Source: Trichinella spiralis (taxonomy: Eukaryota). Taken from it: 64,000 nucleotides of DNA. The notes beneath the pieces were generated by a model, which was given only the letters and a program-made list of their open reading frames with translations, was not told where the DNA came from and searched no databases. The translations under genes were made by a program, and so were the position numbers. Shown here in pieces: positions 41,721 through 54,561 of the stretch; the first letter of the stretch is position 1; every line of letters begins with the position of its first letter. The stretch spans positions 746,487 through 810,486 of the forward strand of contig NW_003526943.1 in the NCBI RefSeq assembly GCF_000181795.1. The letters are read 5' to 3'.

Positions 41721-42937
41721 TCAAGCATTACCGTTTAGACCAGTGTAGCGACCCAAAAATAGTGGTATGCAATTTTTTGGATTGCAAATGAAAAATAAAA
41801 ATGGATGATCTGCAACAAAAAAAAGTTGCTTTGATGGCATCACCGCTGCTTTGTCTGTCATTGTCACGGCTGTTGCCGCAGCGGCTTCAGTGCCTTCTTC
41901 ATTTACCTAGAGATAGATGATAAGTTGAATTATTTAATTTTAATTGTAATTTATGCTTATTATTAACTTACTTCTAAAAATGCTTTGTGCAAAATATCAG
42001 AGACGAAAATGTCTTTCCTTTTGCAAATTTTGGAAAAATCAGCATTTTCACCATCAAAAATGATGCCCATTCCAAGCTCAGTTAGCACGTCTTTCATGTT
42101 TAATGCGCTGGTGAAAGTGAATTTTGGAATTTTTACAGTAACATCAACCATAGCACCGTTTTGAAACATTTCTGCTAATTGACTGCTTGTCAATGAATTT
42201 TCCATCTCTTCCAACGCGAATCGTTGCTTGGGCAGTAAAATATACATCCAAAAATTGTTCTCTTTGTAACTGATTCCCAAAAGTTGGCAAAGTTCATTTT
42301 CATAATAATAAAATTCTTGCTTGTCACGCATCATTTTCACTTTAATTCTGCGAATTTCATCACAGAAAAAATCAGAATTAACAGTATTTTGTACTTCGAA
42401 TCGTCTTGCCCATTGCGCTTTGAAATATATAGCATTCGCGATCACTGATGTTGTAATTGGTTGTAGAAGACCAGGTGGAATGAGATTTTCAATTTTTCGT
42501 TCAGTTTTATTACAAATCCATTGATTGATCACCAATCTTGCCTCTTTAATATCCATAAAATCCACCTCGATGATGTCTGAGGAGATTTTTTTAATATCCT
42601 CAACATAAGGAGTCAGCAGTTTGAATCCTTCTTGAATGTAAACGCAGTTTGCGACGAGCAATTTCACTTTATTGAAATTTTTGCTTTCTGTTGTTAAAAT
42701 TTTATTAATTTCCACAAACAGTGCTCGTACATCTTTCTCCTTTGCTGTATCACCGAAGATGGCTCGTTGAATTTCTAGTTTTGTTTTTCCAGCTGCTCCA
42801 AAATATGCCATACCAATTGCAAGCAACACTGACATTGGTGATAAGAAAATACATTCCGAAACTTTTTTGGAGCTTTTGATTTTTTGGAATAATTTCCAAA
42901 TGAATTCGGTGACTTCATTGAAACTTTTTGATTCCAT
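41721..42937 (-). CDS. Serpin A; exons 42937-41972 and 41906-41721
   Basis: FLSPMS, INQWICNKTERKI, NAIYFKAQW, ILLP, IPKF, hinge [12 protein letters not shown] and [11 protein letters not shown]. No signal peptide. Predicted P1-P1' is Lys-Ala. Confidence 0.95.
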
Positions 42938-45122
42938 TTTACTTTATATCTAAAGGAAGTAAAAATTATTATTATTATTGATATTATTATTATTTGATTT
43001 AATATTGCATATTTGAAATTAAGTTTTAAAAAAATGTCCAACACGATCAGAAATAATTATTATCAAGTAATTCTTTGAAAGCAAAACGTGGAATTAAAAA
43101 GAATGAAAATTAAGCAATATTTTATGAAAGAAAATAAATTTATACCTTACGTAAGCAAGGATGATGTAAAATTAGTTGAATTGATGACTGTGATGCCCTC
43201 TTTGCAGAAGAAGTATCTGGTTGTTGCTTTAAGTCAGTAACCTTTGGAAAGAGACAATAGTAATGATGTTGACAAGAATTACATGAAAGGTGAATGCGTG
43301 GTGGTTAGATGTGAATGTGTCAGACGAGTGTTTGAAATATTGAATAGAATGCGACTAACCTAAAAGGAAATGGGGAAAATTTTTGTATTCATAAAATTCA
43401 ACTCTTTTGAATGTAAAGATATTTGTCTTTGAATTTAAAAATGAAATCAAATGCACTTGGAATATTTTAAATGCAAGTTTTACAATACTTTTCATTGTGA
43501 ATAAAATTAAAAAGAAATTCATTTTTGGACAATGTTAAGCTAATATGTACAATACATATTATCCAAAACAGAAGTTACCCCCCCCATCCAAGGGGTTAAA
43601 GGTTTTTATTTATTTACATTTTTTTATTTAATGTAAAACAGATAACTAAATTTATATTTTATGATTTGATTTTGCAATTTTTCAACTGCAACAAACACGA
43701 AATGAAGACATACTTTTGTTGAACATCAATCTTTACACGAAAAGCACAATATAATTAATTCATCAAACTGATTAAATAATAAAAGATTCTGTTTAATACA
43801 ATTTTGTTAAAAAATAACTAATTTCATCTAAAAATAGCTATTTTTAATGTAATAATTGCAAATTGTTTTTAAATTTTGATCAATTTGTTCATTTTAAATA
43901 TATGATTGATATGTTTTTAGCGATAAAATTAATAACTTAAATGTAGCGACATTGTTCATGTTGTTGTTTATCTGAAATTTCATTTTATTATCCAATTGTC
44001 ATTTTCGATGCATTTGTTCCTAGTTGTACGTGAATAATTTTACAAGGGCAATTTTCCAGTTATGACCAAAAATGTGACATTGAAGAAGAAGCATTACTTA
44101 AATCTGTTTATCACGTTTTTTTGTCAAATTTCATTCGTCGTTTTAAAATAATTATTCATTACGAAAAAGATGGCAAATTGAGATAATTGCTTCAATGATA
44201 ATTATTTGTAATTTTTTTTGCTTTTTCACGTTTACTATTTTGTTCTATCCAGATGTTTTGTACAAATTTTAAACTAACTTTCTCTACGTCATATTTTCAT
44301 TTAATAAAAAATAATACAAATAAGTTAGCTTAATGTGATTTTCAGAAAAAAATTAAAAAAAACATGACGAAATATCAAAAAATTATCAAACTACATTTTT
44401 GTAAACTTATGTGAAAACATCTGTTGAATTAAAAAAAATCAAGAATTAAAAAGGTGACATCAACAATATCAGTGCTTTTAAACAAATGATTTTTATTAAA
44501 CTGTTTTTTTACAATGTAATTTGCTAAAATCAAATCTTTTCAATCAATTTGATTCCAAATTTTCATATTTGGAAAATATTTTACTTCATCTTGAATGTTA
44601 ACTATATATTAAAAGGAAGGAAAATATCCTATACATTATTTTACAAATGTAAAACAAAAACGTATAAATAATAATTTTTATTAAATAAAAATTAAGCATT
44701 GTTATCAATTAATGTCGTCTGCCAGTACAGTAACACTGACGCTTTCTTTGATGCGTCCGCCTGTAAAGACAATCAATTAAGCATTGATGAAGAAACAGTT
44801 GTTACTGTTATTAATTATTGAATTGCTTGAAAAATGTATGGCTAGACGGTTTGAGCATCTGGTGCAGGTCACCATGGCGGCACTTTTCATCTCAACACAT
44901 TGGAAAGCGCTCTGGTGCAAGAATAACCTCTAATTGCTGACCTAAGATTTTTCAATGAAGGCAAAGAGCAGTCACTTTCCATGTTTCTTTGTCTGCTCTT
45001 TTGTATTAATTTCATTAGGAAACTACATGCATAACACCAATTGTTAACCATAATTATAACATGATAAAGAAAATTTTCCATCCAATTATTATAATAAATG
45101 AATATAATTTTGAATTTATTTA

Positions 45123-45126
<4 letters not shown>

Positions 45127-45178
<52 letters not shown>
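45127..45178. repeat. (AT)n microsatellite
   Basis: Perfect AT run of about 52 nt between the two serpins. Confidence 0.95.
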
Positions 45179-45185
<7 letters not shown>

Positions 45186-47923
45186 CAAGCTGTAAACAGT
45201 TATTAAATAACAAAATGAGAAGTAAATGCACCTATTTTACATAAAAAACTAATAATGAGATGACAGCATTGCACAGTTTGTAAAAAAAATTTGTAGTTCA
45301 GTAGTTATTAAAAAACTTTACCATTATAAAAGTTTATAATGATCAGTATTTTTATAAACAAATTACATTAACAGCACCATACATTGATTAATAAATCAAT
45401 ACAATAGCAAAGCATGAAACACCAAATAATAAAATAACAAATGGTATGCTAAGTGCCATGCCAGTGTTTTATATTCTTTTTCATTTCATTTGAAGCGTCT
45501 TTGAGCATTGTCGAATTATCTAAATGTAAAATTTTTATTGCTAAAGAATAATTAACATAATCACTTTTTAAATAATTATTTTTGCTGTCATTTTAGATAC
45601 ACAAAACCTTTCAATTGTATAAAGTATTAAAAAAATGAACACCTTACATTATGTACCAGTCTATTGAATGATTACATTACAACGATGTGTATCACTATAG
45701 AATAAAAAGCTTTTTGGTTATTCATGGATAAATTTTTTGAATACTGTTCACCTTACATTCCAAGCATTTAAACAGTCGATAAGTAAATCGTTAAATTCTA
45801 TCGCAATTAAGCCTTTTTCAAAAAATCATTTGTTGGAAACAATGACTTGGAAGTTCTGCTTTTATTAATTATAGAAAAATATAATTTTGTTAATAAATAA
45901 TTATTTGTTTTAAATTTTTAACATAAAATCAAGCTTATAAACTGCAGCAACACGAATAAATTCACTAGTTTCCTAGTATTTTAAGATTTTATTACACTAA
46001 TTAGTCACGAATTTTAAAACAAGTATCTGATGATAACTTTTCCATAACAAGACAATATTAATAAAACGAAATCTTTATAGCTACTTATCGTAGACTCCAA
46101 AATACGTACAGTATTTCTGAAATGCAGGATTTTTACTTTAACAACATGGAATTTCTCTGATTAATAATGAAAATATGATGAATAAAATATTCTTATAATA
46201 GAGAATAATTATAATAAAGTCATAATAATCGTGAATTTCTATTATCATTTGAGCATAATTTATAATATTTCAGTATTTAAAGTTTTGTTGAAATTACAGA
46301 AGTTTTCAGAAGTCTGCTAAGTGGTTGCAATTTTTTATGACAATAACAATCAGTGAAGGCAGTTTGTAAATGTAAAAACGTTTATTCTGAAAGCAATACT
46401 TATGCACACAGCTAATGAGCCACTACTCTTGTTATTGATAATTTGATCTTAAATTTTATAATAGTGGAAATTAAAAACAGTGAAAAATTATCAAAATGGC
46501 AGGAGTTAAGCTAATGAGACAATAATATGAATCTGAATTTACTTGTCCTGTCTTTCGTAAATTTTTGTAGATAGATTTATTGATTGTAATGTAGACAGTT
46601 TAGTTTCAGAAGAAATTTTTAGAAATATCAGATACAATTAAAGTAAAACGGTGATATTTTTAAAATAATATTTTAGTACGAAAGAATTTTAAAAAATTTT
46701 GAGATTAAGTAAAGTTGAAACCAAAGTGTTGCACTTTTCAATAATTTGCTTAAAAATTGAAAAGTGTTTATAATGAAATATATGAAATTGATGAATTAGA
46801 TTCATTTATAGTGAAAGCTTTTATTTGAATTTATTGAAAGTTAAAATAGGTGATATTTCTGGTTGAGATGAAAAAAAATCATGACTTTTTATTGTGTATT
46901 CACTGAAAAACCAGTCGTTGCATTATCAAGGCTGCAACGCCAGTAACTGCTACTAGACAAAAAAATCTGAAAAGTTTTAAAAATTAAGCATTAGTTTATT
47001 ACATATTCTTTTTTTTTTATTGTGCAACCAAGCTGTATCTCTTTAAATTGTGTATCACATGCTTTCATAAAACTTCTTTTGTTCAGTAACTTGTTTGATC
47101 AATACAATAAACATACAATTTTGATTTATTTTGCCAATACAGTACTTTCGAAATAAGTTTTTCAAAATTTCAGAATTATAATAATAAAATTGAATACTCT
47201 TCAATTTATGAAATTTTAGCGTAAAACAACAATTATCATTTGAAATTGTTCAAGCAATGTAATATGGAAATTTTATCATTTCATATATTTTTGAATAAAT
47301 ATAAGCGAATATTATAGACATTCTCAAAATGTAAAATATTTAAACTTTTCTGAATCAGTTTTCATGTGGAAATGATTCCAAAATTTTACAACACAATGTC
47401 ATTTAAATTTGAAACATAATTATTAAAATTAATCAACTGCATTTATAAAATTATATTTTGTTAAATTTGTAATCTGAATAAAAGTACACAGGAAACTGAC
47501 AATGCCTTTTTCTTCGCCTTTTTGTTTCACTTATAAAAATATAATATCAGTGTTCTATTGCTGAATATTCAAAGATGCGATAGATAAAATTGAAAATTCA
47601 ATATTGCAATATATGCATGAAATATTCTTTACTATTTTCCCATACAATAAAAATCATCATTAAAAAATATTTTCACAAATACTTTTAAAACTTGCATTTT
47701 CACCCAGCAAAAATCATTTTTCTCCATTTATCCATTTTCTAATTATCTAAAAAAAGTTAAGCAAAATTGCGTTAAGTGAATAAATTAAATAAGCAGTAAA
47801 AAATGAAAAATAAATTTAACATTAAATATGGAATAAAATAAGATACGATAAAAATTAAGAATAAACAAAATTGAAAAATTTGAAAGAAGTAAATTTATTT
47901 TTAAAAAAATTTGAATGTTACCT

Positions 47924-49232
47924 TTAATTACCAGAAAAACGTCCAATAAAAAGAATCGCTTTTGATCTGCTGTCAAAGATGAAGAAAAGAAATGGATGAT
48001 CAGCAACAAATTCAAAACTGTCTTCATACATAACGCCGGACATGGGTACTATGCGAACGGCGGTCGCTGCTGCTGCTTCAGTTCCTTCTTCATTGAACTG
48101 TAAAATATAATATTCACTTACAATTAAATAAAATCAACAGCATTTATTAAAATTGCGACATCATTTATTTTCTCAACAACGATTATAATAATAAGCATAA
48201 TAAACATGTTCACCTCTAGATACGCTTTGTGAACAATATCAGATACATAAAGCTTTTCTTTAACACAAATTCCAGAAAGATCTGCTTTTCCAGGAATGAA
48301 AAGATCTTCTATACCAAGTTTCTTCAATGCTTCAACTAAATTCATCTGTTTCTCAAACTTCATTTTTGGAATTGTCACCTAAAATTAATTAAAATATTTG
48401 AACTGAGATCTTTGATAAAATTTGAAAAAAATTATATTGTTCTACTAACTTTCACTTCAGCACCGCTAACTTTGGATACCAAATTTAACAGAGTTTCTCC
48501 ATTAAACTTTTGTTGTAATTCAGAAAGTGTTTTTCCTGACTTTGGTAATAAAATGAACATTTTAAGATATTCTGGATAATAATCCATTCCAAGAAATTGA
48601 TAATCTTCAGTTTCATAATACGAATATCCATTTGTCTGTGTCATCATTGGTATTTTAATTGAACTGTGCGGTGTTGGATAAAATTTTTTCGGCTTTGTAT
48701 GTGCTTCGTCGAAAACCTCATCCCAAGAGGCTTTGAAATAAATTGCGTTGACGGCGATAAGGCGAGTATTTGCCTCAACTGTTCCAGATTGAAGCAAATC
48801 GTTGATTTTATGATTCGTCTGATCGCTCACCCACTTATTAATCTGCAAACGTGCTGCTTCAGTGTCGGCAAAATTTACACTAACCAAATCACTTGATAGA
48901 TATCTTTTCACATCTTTAAGAAATGGATGCAATATTGGATATTGATCATTAGCATACAATCGATTGGCCAATTTCAAAGAAGCATCATAGTATTCATCGA
49001 TGGTGAGCGATGAAACGAACGACCGCATTGCCTTTTTTGTACGATTTTTCTTCCAGCCAGCTTTGAACATCACATTCAGCAGTTGAGTATTTGTATTACC
49101 GTTGGATCCAAAAAATACCATTGCAAGTGCCAGAAAAATCGATACTGGTGAAAAGAATACATTTCCTGCTTCTTCCAATTGATAAAGCGAATAAGCGAAA
49201 TCAGCTAATGGTTTTGCAATTTCTGTTTCCAT
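47924..49232 (-). CDS. Serpin B, 3 exons (from memory resembles the T. spiralis Ts11-1-type serpin)
   Basis: [17 protein letters not shown]..., [45 protein letters not shown] and [11 protein letters not shown]...GRFSGN*. Predicted P1-P1' is Met-Ser. Confidence 0.95.
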
Positions 49233-50269
49233 TTCGTTCACAACAATTCCACAATCTGAAAAAGAGAACAAATTTTTACATTGCACATAAGCACTTACAA
49301 AGGAAGAAGAAGCAGAAAGACGAGCAAGTGACAACCGAATCATGACAGTGCAAAATCCCACTTCTGAAACAGTTCATTCAAAATTCCACTTTTATTTTGA
49401 ACATTTGTTGTAAATAGATCGGAATTGGAAAACAATCTCATTCACAAATTGTTGTAAAATTTTAGTTTCAAATTGCAAAAATATTTACTTTGTTTAAGAG
49501 AAATATCAGAGTGAAATTTACTACTTGAAATGCAATACAATATTAATATTAATAATGGTGACAAATTTCACAAATTCAAAATAATATAAAATAATTTTCC
49601 AACGTTTGCAAAATAAAAAAAAACAAACATACTTTCTCCAATAATCTACAACACTGTCACCTTGATAAAATCAAAAAGAAAAACCAATGAAAGAAATTCA
49701 CAAACAAACTTTATGTACTGACAGAAGTAAAACTTGTTTTGATGAATTTTAAATATTTAATTAAATGCAAAACTGGAATTATTTGTTTTTAATTAACAAC
49801 AACACTGATTTTATCAAACAAATGAATCAACAGTCACCAACCAAAACTTTATTATAATTAGGTAATGCTGTTCAAAGTCAAGGTAATCAGGAAAGTTGTT
49901 CTTTGACCATAATGATCAAACAGACTAATACGGCGGATCATCTGCTTATTTGTCAAATACGATACGAAATTCACGTGCTTCAATTTAACAATATCAACAT
50001 TTTTCAATTCTTTTCTAACTTTTTACAATATACATATATTGACAATCAAGTTTTACACAAATGCATACTGTCCGTAACATATTCCTCCAGCGATGGGTGG
50101 AGTTCCAATGAACGTCCACCGGTCAGTTGAACACTCACTATCTTCGGCATTTTTAATTTTTAACTTTTCAGATCACTCGTAACTTTCTAAAACTCTTCCC
50201 ATCGGTCATTTCTTTTTTTTCGACTCGTTTTCACAGTACACCACTATGGACCGACGCCTGCGCTATCAG

Positions 50270-50870
50270 CTTCGTACCCGGTACGTTTGTAATCCTAGTA
50301 TCTGCACTATCTTGTAGGATCCATCCCAACTACGGTCAAGTTTCCCGCTTCTTGACATGGCTGACCACACGACTTCATTCGGGCGAAAGATGGCTTCAGT
50401 TGCTCCGCGGTCATGCAGAGAGACTTCTGTCGACGCTGCTGCGCTTTTAGGTGATCCTTCATCAATTCGTGGACGCGATCCATGCGTACACGAGTTGTCC
50501 GGATGTAGCTCGTCAGCGATTGAGCATCACGTTCGGGCGGGTTCCCTATCTGGGTGTCCAGCGGTAGCTCTCCTGAACATGGCGGTTGCCGGTGTTACGC
50601 CTGTGCTCTCGTGGACGCTGTTGTTGTACGTCAGCATTTCATTCCACTGGTGTGGGTTCCTGTCGACCATGATGGACAACATAACGAGGAGAGTGTGGTT
50701 CAATCTCTCCGCTAGTCTATTTCCTTGCGGGTGGTAAGGTGAGCTTCGGGTCTTTTCGATATCAAGTGGACGGTACAGCTCCTTCACAACCGCCGATTCA
50801 AATGAACAACCTTGATTTCTGTGTAGGTAGTCAGGGGTGCCGAAGTACGCTACAAAATGTTTCCAAATTG
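50270..50870 (-). pseudogene. Gypsy integrase core (rve) and GPY/F module, frameshifted
   Basis: YFGTPDYLH..QG..FES, KTRSSPYHPQGNRLAERLNHTL, YNNSVHESTGVTPA and KLDRSWDGSYKIVQILG..TYRV. Confidence 0.85.
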
Positions 50871-50874
50871 TCAG

Positions 50875-52049
50875 ATTATAATCTGGCTATCCCATTCACA
50901 CAAGAATCATTGTTGGCAGATTGTTGTCCCAGATGCACACACAGAACTTTAAAGTCACATGTATTCTTAATATTTGATTTTCTTCAGAATTATTCCCAGA
51001 TTTTCATACGTTTCCTTTAGGGCAACAGAATGAAGTATTGTTACAGAAGCATAGGTGTTCCCATTGTATGGGAGAACTCCCTTCAAACTTTTTTTGGCGG
51101 AGTCAATGAACAACTTCCATTCATTGGCAACATACTGAAACATCAATCCAGAAATGTCACTGCAATAGACAACTGAGTCTTATTCTCCGAAAAAGGGTGT
51201 AAATTCAGTTTCACGTTTCCTATGCATCGATACTATTGTTCCCGGAGCAAGCATATGTTTTGACTGCAGTCTGGATCCTAGTGTTTCAGCTCCAACCTTG
51301 GAGAGACCTTGATCTCAAACAAGGCCGTTCAACTCACACTGTGTAAAGAGCTGAGGTGTATTTTTATGCTCTGTTTCAAAGTCACTCTCACTGATGGTTT
51401 CTTCGCTACTTTCTTCATCACTTAGAACAACCGTGTCCATGTTATCCGGTGGTAATGGAATGGGTACATCGGGACCTTGAGTAAAAGGCCCTATAGCAGA
51501 TGGAAGTTTTGGATAAGAAATACATTTTCTGTTTTTTGCATTATAACCCCTTATTTTGCTAAAGCAGAAATAACAACCATCAACATGGTTTTGCGGTTCC
51601 CGCCCCACCATAGGTACACCAAAGGAAAGAGATTCCAGTGTTTTTTTCTCAATTTCCGCAACTACTCAACACATGTGTGGCACACTATATGTGGAGTCAA
51701 AGACTTGTCTTGATCTACCAAAGTATGCCTTCTTCACAAAATCTGTTATTTTCTGCCTCTTGCACTTCACTACAAAACTGCCGCAAATGTGACAAAATGA
51801 ATCTGCACTGCTTAAATACTATCGTGGTGGCATTTTTCGTTACTTCAGGGTCTACTTATACGTGAATGTCTTGTATGACTCTTTTAAAACAGAAAGCACA
51901 ATGTGCTACATACGTACAATAGTGGAAAAAGTAATATAGCGCGCTGTGAAAAAATGCCTTGTGATGGGGGAAAATAAATGCTATTTTCATAATCAGCATG
52001 TCAAACATACCCCAAATCAGCTAATTTTTCAAAACCATGTTGACCAGTG
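50875..52049 (-). mobile_element. Chapaev3-type (CMC superfamily) DNA transposon, 5' part only, transposase pseudogenised
   Basis: The terminus reads CACTGGTCAACA on the minus strand from 52049 and is flanked by TTA. From ATG 51833 the fragments read SADSFCHICGSF..KITDFVKKAYF, DQDKS..PHIVCHTC, REPQNHVDGCYFC, YPKLPSAI, FTQCELN.L, LGSRL, EWKLFIDS.K.SLK, LKETYEN, DFKV...LGQQS and CEWDS, with stops and deletions. Confidence 0.85.
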
Positions 52050-53440
52050 TTATCAATAACCTCTTCTAGACGTAAGGCGAAGGAATTTTGGGAAAAAGCA
52101 TTCTGTAGTCATTGAATGCATAGAAAATGTATCAATATGGTTGGTTTGAAAGTTCATATAATAAATTGTTCAATCCCAGTGAGAACTTGTCCGTACGATC
52201 ACTCGAGATATAAACATGACTATTGAAGTTTGGTCAAAATTTGATCAAGCCACCATGTTTTGTTGAAACATCTTGCAGTTTATGAGATCCATGAGCCTGT
52301 GCTTCCTCAGTACCCTTCCTTGCTCAGGATGGTTCACAATGTTTCCATTGTTCTTGAAATCTCCACATGTGATCATTCTTCATGTACAAACTTCTCAAGA
52401 TGTCGACATAAGCAAACCTTTCAAACAGCTGCGTCGACATTTCAAGAATCCGAGATCCATATATCGATGAATAACTGAGCGTTATCCAATCGTTAATCAC
52501 TCACTCGAGAGTATCATTCCGCTCGCAGAGACAACAAAACATGTTGATTATCTCGGATATTCAAGTCATCACTGAATGTACTTGTTTCTTTGACTATGAC
52601 ATTCAATTTTCACTTTGACAGAATCACTAGATTGCGTCCATCAATAACAGACTAAGGTGATTTAAAATCAGGCAACGTCGCTCAAAATCGAGGCAATCAG
52701 GAAAGTTGTTTCTTGAGGATGCTGATCAAACCAGCATAAACGCTGTGGATTTTTATACTTTTTACAAGTGTAAATGCAATACAAAATTCACACGCGCTCG
52801 CCTAACAACATCGCCCTTCTTTTTTACTAACTTACTAACTTACTACAATACACACATATTGAAAATCAAGTTTTACACAACTGTATACACAGTGTTTAGA
52901 AACAATTCTAATTTATTATTATTTTCTAATATTTTAATTTATTAATGAATTTTGTTTTGCTGTTTTTAATTTACAAATGTAATTAAGCTATAAAAAGAAT
53001 GTGCATGATAGATGATGAAAAAGTTAAAATTGTCATAACCTGTTTTTACATTTTCCATTTATTGTTATATATTATTCACAAACCATTTATTTTCACAAAT
53101 ACTTGTGTAAATGTGCATTGCCTCAGTGCCAATTTAATGTGCATATTATATAATTTTCAGGTTTCATTTGTTGTAAATACAGTAAATTCATACTGCTTCT
53201 ATTTTCTTTTTAATAAAATTGTAGCAAAAGTAAGTTTTTTTTTAAATATTTTATATATAATTTTATTCTAGCGAATACAAATTAGTGTTAAATATCAAAC
53301 TAACGCAGTTAATTTTCAGAAATTAATGATATTGTTGTCGCTTTAATGTTCTAGAAAGGAGATGTTTAATTGCAAATTAGTTTAAATTGACAGGAAAAAG
53401 TTTTATAACCGTTAACAATGTTGTATTGTTATTTAAGAAT

Positions 53441-54193
53441 ATGGCAATGGGTGCCACAAAAGATGTTGTAAAATATGTAATGCTGGTTAGTTGTGGATCA
53501 TTCAATCCTCCGACTTTTATGCATTTACGAATGTTTGAGTTGGCCAAAAATTATCTACAGGCTAATACGAATTGTTATGCATTTGCTGGCATGATGTCAC
53601 CAGTGAATTCTTCGTATAAGAAGAAAGATTTGATATCGGGTGAGCATCGTTTAGCCATGTGCCGGCAAGCTACGAGTAGTTCAGATTGGATTTTTGTGGA
53701 CCCATGGGAATGTGAACAAAAACAGTGGTCTAGAACAGTTCTTGTTTTGCGTCATGCACGAGAACTTTTAAAATCTGTGAGAGAAAACTCAGAGACGCCA
53801 GCTACTTATACCGCACTGTTGAATATTTGTATGAAGCATAAAGAAAAACTTGTCCAAGGCAACGATTGCCAAATTATGCTACTTTGTGGAGCAGACTTCT
53901 TGGAAAGTTTTTCCATTCCTGGTTTATGGACTTCAGAAGATATAGAAGAAATTGTCAAAACGTTCGGTCTTGTTGTCATAACTCGTAAAAACAGCGACCC
54001 GTTTCGTTTTGTACACGAGTCTGATATTCTTTACAGATATCGTAAAAATGTACATCTCATAACTGAATGGATTCCCAATGAAATTAGTTCAACTGCTATA
54101 CGAAGAGCTTTAAAACGAAACGAAAGTGTTCAATATTTGATACCGGAAGGTGTAATTAATTACATAAAACAGTATGCTTTGTACGGAGAATAA
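53441..54193 (+). CDS. NMNAT: Nicotinamide mononucleotide adenylyltransferase, intronless CDS
   Basis: CGSFNPPTFMHLRMFE, SPVNSSYKKK, VDPWE, LLCGADFLESF..PGLW and NEISSTAIRRAL. The first in-frame ATG is at 53441. Confidence 0.95.
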   Translation: MAMGATKDVVKYVMLVSCGSFNPPTFMHLRMFELAKNYLQANTNCYAFAGMMSPVNSSYKKKDLISGEHRLAMCRQATSSSDWIFVDPWECEQKQWSRTVLVLRHARELLKSVRENSETPATYTALLNICMKHKEKLVQGNDCQIMLLCGADFLESFSIPGLWTSEDIEEIVKTFGLVVITRKNSDPFRFVHESDILYRYRKNVHLITEWIPNEISSTAIRRALKRNESVQYLIPEGVINYIKQYALYGE

Positions 54194-54561
54194 AATAATT
54201 TTGAATGAGTTTGATTAAAATTTGTTCATTTTTTCTGTTTGAAGGTTTCAATATTTTAAGTGATTTTTGAAAATTCTTCATTTTATTATTTCCTGTGGTA
54301 ACGAGGTTTTGTAACTTTAAAATGAACATAGTAAAATTCAGTTTCTGAAATCAAATAAGATGATTAAATCAAATATGTTATGCAACTAATCAATAGTTAT
54401 TATCTAATTATTATCAGTTGTGTTACAGTTAAATTTTATTTGATTCAAATAAAAGTAATCTTTCACTTTTGAAAAATGATAATAAAAATTCAAAGATTTA
54501 TAAAGCTTTTCTTAAACAGCTAAAATAACTTGATTTTTAAATACTGTGGCATACGGTAACA

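Larger units (their letters stand above)
49869..52904 (-). mobile_element. Decayed Ty3/gypsy LTR retrotransposon remnant (gag/RT not seen), interrupted by a DNA transposon
   Basis: Diverged direct repeats at ~49870-50079 and ~52685-52904 share aatcaggaaagttgt, tgatcaaac, aaattcac and aatcaagttttacacaa. On the minus strand a purine tract GGAGGAATA directly precedes TGTTAC at 50079. Integrase fragments lie between the repeats. Confidence 0.75.

Noticed and set aside
50357..51865. Plus-strand ORFs in the TE region
   Set aside because: Antisense to the integrase and transposase remnants.
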